64,000 bases of DNA from a virus (taxonomy: Duplodnaviria; Caudoviricetes), in IMG/VR virus record IMGVR_UViG_2724679285_000001, positions 1,782-65,781 of that record. One strand, written 5' to 3'. Below are positions 7,694 through 16,972 of this stretch, piece by piece. The notes under the pieces are model-generated. The model saw only the letters and a program-made list of their open reading frames with translations, ran no database searches and was not told the origin of the DNA. How positions within the stretch are numbered: the first letter of the stretch is position 1; every line of letters begins with the position of its first letter. The translations under genes were made by a program, and so were the position numbers.

Positions 7694-9763
7694 TTAGGAG
7701 ACGACCACCGTCGGGCTGGTACCACCGGTCAGGCCGTTGGTTCCGACCTGCAGGTCACCCAGGCGGGCCGGGTAGGTCACCGTGACTGCGGTGGGCAGCG
7801 CGCCGCCGGCGGTCACGATGTCGCCTGCCGCGGTGACGTTGTCGTCGATCGCGGTCAGTGTGGTGTCCACGGTCGCCGCGGACGCGTTGTAGGCGATCGT
7901 CCCGGACGGTGTGCCGTTGGCGGAGAACTTCAGCGTGAAGTTGCCGCCCGTCGGGCCGCCGGTCGTGGTCACCGTCTTGGTCACGGTGTCCGCATACGGG
8001 CCGGAGCAGTCGATGCTCTCCCGCGCGCCGACAGCACCGTTGACGCACAACGGAACCCGGATCAGATGCGAAGACCCGACGTCCGACGGACGGATACCGA
8101 CCTGGAACTCGTCCTCCACGAAGCCCAGCAGCTGCCGGTTCTTCGTCAGCATGTCGATGTCGTACATCGCGCCGACCGTCAGCACGTTGTCCAAGGCCCG
8201 CCAGAACGCGCCGGCCGGGAACAGCACCACATCCACGCTGCCCGGCCACCACGAGGTGTCGTAATGGCCCGGCTGCCTGGCGGTGAGGGACTGCCAGGTG
8301 CCCTCGTACTGCAGGTAGATGTCGCGGGAGGCGAGCCAGCGGTCCACGTCGGCGTCGGTGACGTCCAAGCCGTCGAGGCCGTCGCGGTTGGCCAGGTCGG
8401 CGCGCAGCACATCCCGGAACCAGATCGGGGCGATACCACCGATGGTGGTCTTTCGGGTCCGGATCTGAATGTTGCGGGCCCGCTGATGCAGGCCGTTCAG
8501 GATGCTGCCGGTCGCGCCCAGGACCGCGTCGGTCGGGACGACCTTCGCCGCGCTGGACAGGGCGAGCACCTTGATCAGCGACTTCGCCGAGATCCGCTGC
8601 TGATGCGCCACCAGGAACTCGTCGAGGAACTTCTTGATCAGCTCCGGCCACGCCCGCTTCTGCAGGATGCCCGCCTTGACGCCCCAACCGATCGCTTCCA
8701 ACCGGTACTCGGTCATCTCGGGCGGGCAGGGCACCTCGACGATGGTCTTGATCGCGGTCGGCTGGCCTCCGCCGTCGACGGCCTCCAGTTGGGCCTCGGT
8801 GAAGTGGAACCCGGTCTGCAGGCTGGTGAAATCCGGTTCGGACGGGATGATGATGCCGCCACGCGGCAGGCTCATCCCGGGGAACGACAGCAGGCCGACG
8901 GCCGGCTGGGTCGGATCGAAGCCGTACTGCTGCTCGGACGGGGCGCACCAACCACCGGCTGCGACAAGTGCCTTCGCGTCTGCGGCTTGTCCGGCGAACT
9001 TGCCGCCGTTGATCTCGGCGGTGACCCGGTCGAGTTCGGCGAGGAATTCGTCGTGCGTCTCGTACACCTTGCCCTCGGGGCGCTGCATCGTCGCCAACAC
9101 GGTGGGGACGCCGTCTCGCAGGCCGGTGAACTCGCCCTGGCCGTTGGCGATGCCCGCGGCGATCACGCTGGTGTCGACGGGCTTGCCGTCGTGCTGCGCG
9201 AAGTTCGGGGCGGTCGATGCGAGCAGGAACGGCTTGCGTACCTTCTCATCCACCTCAGGCTTCGGGGTGTCACCGGCCGGGGCGGCACCCTTGAACGACA
9301 CCGGCGCCGCGGGCGCGGCAGCGGTCACAGCGGCCGGCGCGGCAGCCTCGGCGGTGGCCTGCTCAGCTTCAGCGACCACCTCAGCCACAGCCTCAGCGGG
9401 CACCTCGGCGGGTGCTTCCTCGGCCGGCTTCGCGGGCGCCTCGGGCTCCGGGGCGGGCTTCGGCTTCGTGGCGGCCTCAGCGGCGGCCAGCGCGGCGTCG
9501 AGGCGCTCAGCGGCGCCCTTCTCCTCCGCCTCGGCCGCGGTTGCGAGACCGTTGATCTCGCTGAAGTTGGCGGTCAGGTATTCCAGCCGCTCGATGTCGG
9601 CCTTGATCTGAGCCTTCTGCTCCGGGGTTTCGTCACCGGTGAGGGTGAACTCGCCGGCGGAGCGGCGGGCCTGGAAGACGTTGATTTCGGCCTTGGCCTG
9701 CTCTGCCAGGGCGGTGAGCTCGGCGGCGGTTTCGGGAAGCTGATCGGGGCGCGTGAACTTCAC
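7694..9763 (-). CDS. major capsid (hexamer) protein with N-terminal scaffold-like and C-terminal Ig-like domains
   Basis: ALVAAGGWCAPSE motif; coiled Ala/Glu-rich N-terminus; RBS AGGAG before GTG 9763. Confidence 0.85.
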   Translation of the reverse strand: MKFTRPDQLPETAAELTALAEQAKAEINVFQARRSAGEFTLTGDETPEQKAQIKADIERLEYLTANFSEINGLATAAEAEEKGAAERLDAALAAAEAATKPKPAPEPEAPAKPAEEAPAEVPAEAVAEVVAEAEQATAEAAAPAAVTAAAPAAPVSFKGAAPAGDTPKPEVDEKVRKPFLLASTAPNFAQHDGKPVDTSVIAAGIANGQGEFTGLRDGVPTVLATMQRPEGKVYETHDEFLAELDRVTAEINGGKFAGQAADAKALVAAGGWCAPSEQQYGFDPTQPAVGLLSFPGMSLPRGGIIIPSEPDFTSLQTGFHFTEAQLEAVDGGGQPTAIKTIVEVPCPPEMTEYRLEAIGWGVKAGILQKRAWPELIKKFLDEFLVAHQQRISAKSLIKVLALSSAAKVVPTDAVLGATGSILNGLHQRARNIQIRTRKTTIGGIAPIWFRDVLRADLANRDGLDGLDVTDADVDRWLASRDIYLQYEGTWQSLTARQPGHYDTSWWPGSVDVVLFPAGAFWRALDNVLTVGAMYDIDMLTKNRQLLGFVEDEFQVGIRPSDVGSSHLIRVPLCVNGAVGARESIDCSGPYADTVTKTVTTTGGPTGGNFTLKFSANGTPSGTIAYNASAATVDTTLTAIDDNVTAAGDIVTAGGALPTAVTVTYPARLGDLQVGTNGLTGGTSPTVVVS

Positions 9764-9871
9764 GGCGTGCTCCTGTTCTCGGTGAAGCGTTTTCGTTTCG
9801 GTCCGATCGCTCCCCGGCACATAGCGCAGATCAGGAACTCTCTGGCGCGCGACGGTAAACAGGGTGCGTGC

Positions 9872-10420
9872 ATGCGCCTACCGCGAAAACGTCTGCACCC
9901 CAAAGCTCTAGCGTCATCGGCCATGCAGACAGCACAGAAGTACATCGACCGGTTCTTCGCGAAAACCCGCCTTGACCAGGCGAATTCATTCGACGGCAGC
10001 CCATGCATCATCTGGGCTGGTGCCACAGGAACTAAGAACGGCAACGGAAGATACTGGGACGGACAGAGACACTGGGTCGCGTCACAGTTCGCCTATGCGC
10101 TGCAACACGGAGAGATCCCCGCCGGGATGCGGGTGTGGAAGAACTGTGGAACCCAACTTTGCGTCAACCACCTCCACATGGAACTCATCACTGAGGCAGA
10201 CGTTGGGCGCCGAGCAACGGATCGGTACGTTTCCCCGCCGACGTTCCGGTGCTGCGGGCGGGAGAAAACCCCGGAGAACAGTTACGGCGGGCCTGGCAGC
10301 TATCAGCGCCGCTGCAAACACTGCTGCCACAAATCTCAGAAGCAGTGGCGCAAGAAACCCGGCGTCCAAGACCGGATCAACGCCCAGCAACGCGCGCGCA
10401 AGAAACAGGCGGACAACTGA
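9872..10420 (+). CDS. HNH homing-type endonuclease
   Basis: RFFAK...CIIWAGA...CGTQLCVNHLHM, then a CKHC motif; it is the C-terminal part of the 990 aa + strand ORF. Confidence 0.75.
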   Translation: MRLPRKRLHPKALASSAMQTAQKYIDRFFAKTRLDQANSFDGSPCIIWAGATGTKNGNGRYWDGQRHWVASQFAYALQHGEIPAGMRVWKNCGTQLCVNHLHMELITEADVGRRATDRYVSPPTFRCCGREKTPENSYGGPGSYQRRCKHCCHKSQKQWRKKPGVQDRINAQQRARKKQADN

Positions 10421-10427
10421 GTCAGGG

Positions 10428-10471
10428 GTATCGGCCTGCCGACGACTTATACCGAGACGGCAGGCCGATAC
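10428..10471. terminator. hairpin between convergent genes
   Basis: GTATCGGCCTGCCG...CGGCAGGCCGATAC, 14-bp stem. Confidence 0.65.
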
Positions 10472-10483
10472 AACCTGCCGCAG

Positions 10484-10888
10484 CTACTCGTCCTTGCCGA
10501 ACGCCTGATCACGCGCCCGACGCAACACCCGAATCAGCTGATTGATCTCCGACCGGCGCATCGGCTCCGTGAAGACCGTCGCCGGATCATCAAACTCGCC
10601 CACAGGCGGCGCATCACTCCCAGTGAAACCCACCATCCCCGACAGGACTCCCGACTTCTCCTGCTCAGCCCGCCGAATCTTGTTCTGCTCGACAGCAGCC
10701 GCGCACGATGAGCAGTGCGAGTGGTCGGCGTGGACCGGAGACACATCAGCGTCCGGATCAATCCGGCCCCACACATGGCGGGTGAGACCCAGTTGGACGA
10801 GATCATCGTGACTAGACCAGTGGACCGACAATTCGGTGCCCGAGAAAACCTGGTCGGTGGCGGGGTACTGCACAACTTCTTTCGGCAT
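10484..10888 (-). CDS. hypothetical protein
   Basis: Starts MPKEVVQY; C-terminus RSEINQLIRVLRRARDQAFGKDE resembles other actinophage hypotheticals. Confidence 0.6.
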   Translation of the reverse strand: MPKEVVQYPATDQVFSGTELSVHWSSHDDLVQLGLTRHVWGRIDPDADVSPVHADHSHCSSCAAAVEQNKIRRAEQEKSGVLSGMVGFTGSDAPPVGEFDDPATVFTEPMRRSEINQLIRVLRRARDQAFGKDE

Positions 10889-10989
10889 GGCCGAATTTCC
10901 CTTCTGCGGGTAACAAGGGCGTCGCGCCCTGCCCACCATCGCGGCGAGCTACCGCAGAGCATCCGAAAGACAGGTGCAGGGCAACGCTC

Positions 10990-11172
10990 CTACGACTGCA
11001 TAACCTGGTAGTAGGTGCCGCCGTGAACCAACGTGTGTTTCTTCGCCTCAATCGACGTATCGAACAAGTTCGGGTGCTCCGAACCATCCGGATACACGAC
11101 CTTGAAACCGGCCACCACACCCTGCGACGTGGTCTGGCCGGCGCGGCGGCCGCCGCGGCATGCGCACGCCAC
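10990..11172 (-). CDS. small hypothetical protein (MACACRGG...)
   Basis: 60 aa ORF directly after the protease gene. Confidence 0.55.
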   Translation of the reverse strand: MACACRGGRRAGQTTSQGVVAGFKVVYPDGSEHPNLFDTSIEAKKHTLVHGGTYYQVMQS

Positions 11173-11174
11173 GG

Positions 11175-13409
11175 TCAGTGCCCTCCACCTTCGCCCGGCG
11201 CGTGACCGGGCCGCGCGCCGGTCGCCTCCCGGTGCAGCGACGCGCACAGACCGGAGATTTCGTGGTCCGGCAACGGTTTCTGCCCGTTCTCCATGATCTT
11301 CGCGTTGATCAGCTTCCGGCACCGATCGAAGTCACCGCTGCGGCCCCAGCCGATCTTCGCTGCACCGGCCCCGCCGAGCCAGTACTTCTTGAACTGCGCC
11401 GGCATCTGCGACCCCGGCCCCACCGCAGCAACCAACTCCGCGCGCATCAACAACTCATCGACCTCATCGGCCGGGGTCGGCGGCGGCGGCGGGTCACCGA
11501 CAGCTTCCTGCGCCGCGGTCAGAGCCGCATCCAGGCGGGCGGCGGCTTCGGCGCGTTCCCGTTCCTCGGCCATCATCTCCGCGAACGCCGCCTTCATGTC
11601 CTCGACCGAGGCCAGCACATGCGTTTGCGTCGGGGCGTGCCGCTGCGGGCCCAGCGACGCGACCAACGCCATCTCGCGGCCGTCGGGTCCGGTCTGCGCC
11701 GAGTAGATCGGGAAGCCGGGCGAGTTGACGGCGTGCGCGGCGATCATGTCGAGCGGGTAGCCGTCGCAGTCCCGCCAATCCCCCGACAACTGGGCTGTCA
11801 TGCCCTGCTGGAACACCTCCGGATCAACACCCGGCGCCGGAACACCCGAAAACCAGATACCGAACCGGTCCTCACCCACCCGCACCAGACCGAACGCGGT
11901 CGTGACATCGTCGTAATGCGCCCGGGCTGCCGCCGCGGTCACACCGCTCTCCGTCGATGCGTGCCCGCCCTGCACCGTCAGCCGGCCCACGGACAGCTGC
12001 TTTCCGTTGTTGAGCGGCACCTGGGAGGTGTGGAAGTTGCGGTACCCGTTGCGGTTGCGGGGTGTGACGTCGCGGCCGCCGCGGATCACATGCCCCCACT
12101 CGGCCAGGTGCCCGTAGATGCGGCCGGTCTCGTTGTTCATCGTGGGTGCCGTCGGCCCGGTCAGTTTCGGGTCCTCGAACATGCGCGGGTCGTAGGTGCG
12201 CAGCCGGGGTTCGGCGGTGGCGGATGCGGCGGTGAGCGCGGTGATCGCCGACGCGAAGTCCGGCTCCGGCTCGTCGATCACGTCAGGCTCAACCACGTCG
12301 GTCATCACGTACTCCTCCACGTCGATGGACGCCACGCGCCCAACACCATCCGCTGTATCCCGCGCCCGCACATTCCCAGCGTCGCGCCGGCGCTGAATTT
12401 CCTCCGCCTGGGTGCGACCACCCCGGTTGACGGCGGTTGAGTCGCGGCCGTCGAGGCGCTCAGTGTGCCGGTCCACCTCAGTCGGCAGGGGCTCACCGGC
12501 GGCCAGTATCCCGAGTCGGCATCGGCAGTTGTAGACCTCTTCTGGTGGTCCTGTCGGATCGCCCGGGTACGCTAGTTCGGCGCCACCGACGGTGAACTTT
12601 GCGTCGATCGGTACGCGGGATCCGTCTGCGGCCCAGTGTGTTGCGCGTGTCTTGGCGTCGTTCGTCGCGATCCACGTCTTGTCCAACTGTTCGCCGAACT
12701 CGGTGTTCTGCTGCTGCGCGGCGGTGATCACCGCGTTGTTGAGCAGGCCGGCGGTCTGGTAGCTCTTGGTTTGGGCGATGCCGGTGAGGGTTTCGCCGGC
12801 GGGGTCGAGTGCCTGGGTGGCGGCTGCGCGCTGCTCCGTAACGGATGGTGCAGCGCCGGCAGGGGATTCGGCGGCCTGCACCGCGGCCTCGACTTTCGCC
12901 TGAACGACGGCGGGAATGTTGGCGGCTTCGACGCGCTGCGCCGCAACCACAGTATCGCGGGCCGCCGACAACCCCGGGTCCGCGTCGACCATGTCGGCGG
13001 CTTGCAGGATCTCCGCCGAGTTCATGTCGGTGACTGCGGCGTCGACGATCTTCAGGACTCGCTCGTCGTAGGCGGGGCCGGGAACGTCCGGCAGTTCCGG
13101 TAGCGGGATGCCGAGTGCGCGCATGGTTTCGATGACGGCGGCCGACCATAGCAGCGTGATACCGGCGATGATCACGACTTCGGTTGTGACGCCCCATGAG
13201 CCGGTGGCGGTCGTCGAGGACACGGCGGTGGTGTGCGGCGGTAGCGGTTCCTGGGGCTGCTGGTCGGCGGCCGCGGCGGTGAGCATTGTCGGTAGGACCG
13301 CGGCGCGCACGTCGGGTATCCACCTCGAGAGTGCTTCCCGATAGAGGTTTTCGACGGCTTGTTCGGCGAGGACGGTTCGGTCGAGCGCCTCACCCGGTGC
13401 CGGCCACAT
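11175..13409 (-). CDS. MuF-like minor head domain fused to capsid maturation protease
   Basis: KTWIATNDAKTRATH...YPGDPTGPPEEVYNCRC (MuF), then IYGHLAEWG, GGHA and LSGDWR (protease). Confidence 0.8.
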   Translation of the reverse strand: MWPAPGEALDRTVLAEQAVENLYREALSRWIPDVRAAVLPTMLTAAAADQQPQEPLPPHTTAVSSTTATGSWGVTTEVVIIAGITLLWSAAVIETMRALGIPLPELPDVPGPAYDERVLKIVDAAVTDMNSAEILQAADMVDADPGLSAARDTVVAAQRVEAANIPAVVQAKVEAAVQAAESPAGAAPSVTEQRAAATQALDPAGETLTGIAQTKSYQTAGLLNNAVITAAQQQNTEFGEQLDKTWIATNDAKTRATHWAADGSRVPIDAKFTVGGAELAYPGDPTGPPEEVYNCRCRLGILAAGEPLPTEVDRHTERLDGRDSTAVNRGGRTQAEEIQRRRDAGNVRARDTADGVGRVASIDVEEYVMTDVVEPDVIDEPEPDFASAITALTAASATAEPRLRTYDPRMFEDPKLTGPTAPTMNNETGRIYGHLAEWGHVIRGGRDVTPRNRNGYRNFHTSQVPLNNGKQLSVGRLTVQGGHASTESGVTAAAARAHYDDVTTAFGLVRVGEDRFGIWFSGVPAPGVDPEVFQQGMTAQLSGDWRDCDGYPLDMIAAHAVNSPGFPIYSAQTGPDGREMALVASLGPQRHAPTQTHVLASVEDMKAAFAEMMAEERERAEAAARLDAALTAAQEAVGDPPPPPTPADEVDELLMRAELVAAVGPGSQMPAQFKKYWLGGAGAAKIGWGRSGDFDRCRKLINAKIMENGQKPLPDHEISGLCASLHREATGARPGHAPGEGGGH

Positions 13410-15319
13410 CAGGCGTCCACCACCGGCGACGTCAGCCGGCGCCGCGCCTGAGCTACCACCGACTTCCGCACATCATCAGCCGAAAACCCATACTTGGCTG
13501 CCAGATCATCCAGCCCCGAGTCGAATCCGGCAATCAGGCGACCCACCTCGGATTCGGCGACTGCAGGCAGCGACTGATGCCACTCGTGTGCCGGCCGGGC
13601 TGCCAGACGTGCCCGCTGATCGTGGTCATACGTCTTGACCCGACGCTTCCCCGCGAGGTCCAGCGCGCGAGTGAGGTAGGAGTCTGCGACGATATCCACG
13701 CCATCGCCGATCGCGGCCGTCACTGGCTTCCGCGGCGCCTGCCCCTCCGTATCCGGGACCTGCCCCTGCACCGGCACATACGGCGGTGGATCGCCGTGGT
13801 CTGTCGGGTCACCCGCCGGCGATAACGCCGGCTGCGGGGGTTCCGGGAAGTCGATCGACTGAATCTTGGGATCCAACAACGGCAACACATCCCGGATCAC
13901 CTGCACGAACTCCGTCGGGTCAGCCTTCGCGACCTTGTCCCGCGCCAACTCCTGCAGCCCCTCCAACGTGGTGAGGTCGTAGCCGTCGTCCTCGGCCAGC
14001 CCGAGATACCGCAGCAGCGCAGAGTGTTTCAACGCGTTCGCGGCTTCGGCGTCCTTCGCCTCATCCGTCTTGTCCGGGTCCGCGGTGAGCGCTGACGCGT
14101 CGACGGTCAGCACATACTTGCTCGGGTCGATGCCCAGTTTGATGAGCATGCCGACGATCACGTTGCGGTAGATCGCCTGGCAGATCGTCTGCATGACGGG
14201 TTTGACGTGCAGGTTCACGTCCTGGTCGGCGAGCAGGTACCCGTTCCAGTGGTTCGTGTCGCCGAGGCCCAACAGTTGGTCGGGTTCCATGTCGATGCCG
14301 CGCGCGAACCGCAGGATCGCGGCCTCACGCTTCTTGAGTTCCATCTCCGACACGTCCTTGCCGAACGTGACGTGCTTGATCTTGTCGACATGCTCAGCGG
14401 GCACGGTGACGACGATCGGGGTGATCGCCGCATGCGACTGCGGGTCCTGCAGGCCAAGGTCATTGGCCTTCACGATCTGCGCCTGCACGGTCCGGCCGAC
14501 CGGTTCCTGCCGCGGCCCAGTGTCCGGGTCCCCGCCTGGCTTCCCCGCGGACGTGGGGCCCTGAGCCGACGGCAGCGACGCCTCCGCCGGCAACGCCAGC
14601 AGACCGTTGTTGCCCAGCCGGGACCGGTCCGCGTTCTCCATCTTCGCGGTCGTGCGCACGATCTCGCGTAGCGGCGTCAGGTTCGATCGGACTGGGGATG
14701 TCGCCTCGGTGGGATCGTTGGGGTGGGGGTTCCACACCCGGAACATGCCGTCACCATTGGCGGGGTTGTACTCGTGCTGTGTCCCGTCGGGCAGGGTGAG
14801 TGTGAGCCCGTCGGGGTTCTTCTGTGAGCGTTTGATCTGCTTCTTGGATAGCGCTTCCCACCGCGCGACCTGCTTATCGGGCGGCCCGACCATCAGGATG
14901 GCCGTGTGGAACTCGCCGGGCACACCGAGGATCTGCACGGCGCGTTCGATGAACTCCGCCTGTCCGAGTGCGCCACCCGCAATGGAATGCACGATCGCCG
15001 CGAACTTCTCACCTTCGGTGTTCCCTTCGGTGATAGACCCGGTCGGTTGGCCTGTCCTCGGATCAATCTCGGAGGCAACCAGCTTCACGCGCTTGCACGA
15101 CCGGGCGCGCCACCGCACATAGCATTCGAGTTCTCCGACGAGGTCGAATAGCTCCCAGGCTTCTTCCTGCCACTCGCGGCGCGGGCCGAGGGTGGTGGAT
15201 TTGAACATGTCGGTCGCCGAGTTGATGGGGGCGGATGCGGCGACCAGCGCGGCCGGTGTCGGCACAGCAGCCGTCAGCGCGCGGCGACGAGCGTTACGCA
15301 ATTCAGCTGGTGCGGCCAC
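13409..15319 (-). CDS. portal protein
   Basis: 636 aa with WQEEAWELFDLVGEL, RVWNPHP and NHWN motifs; lies between terminase and protease. Confidence 0.8.
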   Translation of the reverse strand: MAAPAELRNARRRALTAAVPTPAALVAASAPINSATDMFKSTTLGPRREWQEEAWELFDLVGELECYVRWRARSCKRVKLVASEIDPRTGQPTGSITEGNTEGEKFAAIVHSIAGGALGQAEFIERAVQILGVPGEFHTAILMVGPPDKQVARWEALSKKQIKRSQKNPDGLTLTLPDGTQHEYNPANGDGMFRVWNPHPNDPTEATSPVRSNLTPLREIVRTTAKMENADRSRLGNNGLLALPAEASLPSAQGPTSAGKPGGDPDTGPRQEPVGRTVQAQIVKANDLGLQDPQSHAAITPIVVTVPAEHVDKIKHVTFGKDVSEMELKKREAAILRFARGIDMEPDQLLGLGDTNHWNGYLLADQDVNLHVKPVMQTICQAIYRNVIVGMLIKLGIDPSKYVLTVDASALTADPDKTDEAKDAEAANALKHSALLRYLGLAEDDGYDLTTLEGLQELARDKVAKADPTEFVQVIRDVLPLLDPKIQSIDFPEPPQPALSPAGDPTDHGDPPPYVPVQGQVPDTEGQAPRKPVTAAIGDGVDIVADSYLTRALDLAGKRRVKTYDHDQRARLAARPAHEWHQSLPAVAESEVGRLIAGFDSGLDDLAAKYGFSADDVRKSVVAQARRRLTSPVVDA

Positions 15320-15346
15320 GGTGCGGGACGGTATCTGTGCTGGGTG

Positions 15347-15694
15347 TTAGTCCTTATCCCCGCCGCCTGTGGTCAGCCGCGCCCCAACCCCAACCAGGTG
15401 GGAGACGGCGAGCAGGATCAGCGGGCACCACCACAGCGGCCAGCCGATGATGACGACCGGGATCCACGCGGTGAAGATGCCCACCCAGATCGAAATGCAC
15501 CACGGGCAGGCGGCGAACTCGTGCAGCGTCGCCCACCGCTCACGCTCTTTCATCGACCTGCCCTCGTCGCGTGCGCGGCGGAGCACCGCCAGGCGGAGTG
15601 GGTCGATGAGGGAGTCGGCGTTGACGAACTGTGTGACCCGCGCGGCGACGAGTGTGTAGATCACTAACACGAGTACGGCGTATCCGAGGTTCAT
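15347..15694 (-). CDS. DUF1360-like membrane protein
   Basis: ARVTQFVNAD...CPWCISIW, with transmembrane segments. Confidence 0.7.
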   Translation of the reverse strand: MNLGYAVLVLVIYTLVAARVTQFVNADSLIDPLRLAVLRRARDEGRSMKERERWATLHEFAACPWCISIWVGIFTAWIPVVIIGWPLWWCPLILLAVSHLVGVGARLTTGGGDKD

Positions 15695-15787
15695 GGGCCG
15701 GGACGGTAGGCGTGGTGGGTGCGAGCGCCTACGCCGTGAAAAATTCCCGATATTGGTTACGCACTGTGCGTAACACGCTATGTCTGA

Positions 15788-16375
15788 TCAGGCAGAACGC
15801 TTTTTGTCTCGGTACCTAGCGAGCCTGATACGGCCGCACTCACGGCAGTATTCGCGGCCCCGCTTGTTGCGGTAGATGTTTCGTTCGATCTTCGGGCAGC
15901 CGCAGGCAAACTGCTCTACTCGCTTCCCTGGCTGCGTCTTTTGGACTCGAAGCACTTGGTCCCGTTGCGTCTTGAACCGCTCGGCTTCCTTGGCAGCTTG
16001 CGCGAGGGCGTGTTGGGTGGCGGCGCAGTCGATCTGGGACAGGCGGAGTTCCTTGGTGAGTTTCTCGATTTCCTCGTGCATCATCGTGCACAGGCTGGTC
16101 ATGGGTTGAGAGCGGATGTCCCGGATCAGGCGGATGGAGCCGCCGATGCGTTCGGTGATTTCCTCAGCGGACCAGCCGGCCAACGTCAACCCGGCGACGA
16201 TCCATGATCGGTCGGAGGGTTCGTAGTCGGTGAGGCGTTTCGGCCAGCGCGGCACGGTGAGCATGGCGGGCACGAGTTGGAGGTCGGGTTGCCATCGGGG
16301 GGCGGCTTTCCCGTCGGGCCGGTAACCGGGTCGGTCATTGTCGAGGTCAACCACTGCCAGATCAGCCAAGGTCAC
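15788..16375 (-). CDS. HTH DNA-binding protein with coiled coil and C-terminal Cys motifs
   Basis: GWSAEEITERIGGSIRLIRDI HTH and CGC...CREC; leaderless GTG start inferred from the promoter motif. Confidence 0.6.
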   Translation of the reverse strand: MTLADLAVVDLDNDRPGYRPDGKAAPRWQPDLQLVPAMLTVPRWPKRLTDYEPSDRSWIVAGLTLAGWSAEEITERIGGSIRLIRDIRSQPMTSLCTMMHEEIEKLTKELRLSQIDCAATQHALAQAAKEAERFKTQRDQVLRVQKTQPGKRVEQFACGCPKIERNIYRNKRGREYCRECGRIRLARYRDKKRSA

Positions 16376-16382
16376 AGGGTGG

Positions 16383-16433
16383 AAGGTAAGACGCGGGGGT
16401 GATATCCCCGTTGTTTCACGCAATGTTTCACGG
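16383..16433 (-). promoter_or_regulatory. promoter TATCAC-N10-TACCTT with upstream CGTGAAAC x2
   Basis: Same geometry as 2796-2847, 16835-16884 and 59636-59686. Confidence 0.55.
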
Positions 16434-16441
16434 CGCGCACG

Positions 16442-16469
16442 GACGCCGAGAATCCGGTCTATGTCACGC
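16442..16469. other. dif-like site (GACGCCGAGAA-tccggt-CTATGTCACGC)
   Basis: 11-6-11 layout, located 9 bp past the stop of ORF 16478-16756. Confidence 0.6.
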
Positions 16470-16477
16470 TGGCCGAA

Positions 16478-16756
16478 TTAACGGGCCACGCACAGCGGCG
16501 CTAGCGTGCCGTCGCTGAGAATGGCCAACTCCACCGCCATATCCTGAAAGCGATCCCACACATCAGTGCTTATGCCCTTGTCGAGCGCCAGCGAGAACGG
16601 GCACTCGCGCAGGTCGGGAACCTGCTGCTTACACACCCCCGAGTGCAGGATGTACACGGCCTGATCGGCCGATGCCGCCCGTCCGTAGTGGATGCTTGGG
16701 TGGCGAGGGGCCCCAACGATTTGCTCGATTTCGCCGCTTGGAACGTGGTCGGTCAT
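16478..16756 (-). CDS. hypothetical protein
   Basis: 92 aa; VYILHS..C..DLRECPFSLALDKGI. Confidence 0.6.
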   Translation of the reverse strand: MTDHVPSGEIEQIVGAPRHPSIHYGRAASADQAVYILHSGVCKQQVPDLRECPFSLALDKGISTDVWDRFQDMAVELAILSDGTLAPLCVAR

Positions 16757-16834
16757 TTCAACGTCTCCAGGGTCTTGATCAGCTCGGTCTTGCTCTCGAT
16801 GACCTTCTGGGCGCGGTCACGGGTCAAGCACGGA

Positions 16835-16884
16835 AGGTATCCCGCCACTATGACACCGCCGATGTTTCACGGACGGTTTCACGG
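16835..16884 (-). promoter_or_regulatory. promoter TGTCAT-N10-TACCTT with upstream CGTGAAAC x2
   Basis: Variant of the PafBC-like motif plus the shared direct repeat. Confidence 0.55.
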
Positions 16885-16972
16885 AATGTGAAAACCCGCC
16901 CTTGCATCCTCGGTGCACTGACGACGGTGAGGAACAGAGGGGCGGGTGTTTATGGGTCAGATCATAGCGCGG

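Noticed and set aside
7448-10420. 990-aa + strand ORF
   Set aside because: Mostly the antisense shadow of the capsid gene in high-GC DNA; only the last ~180 aa (HNH) look real.
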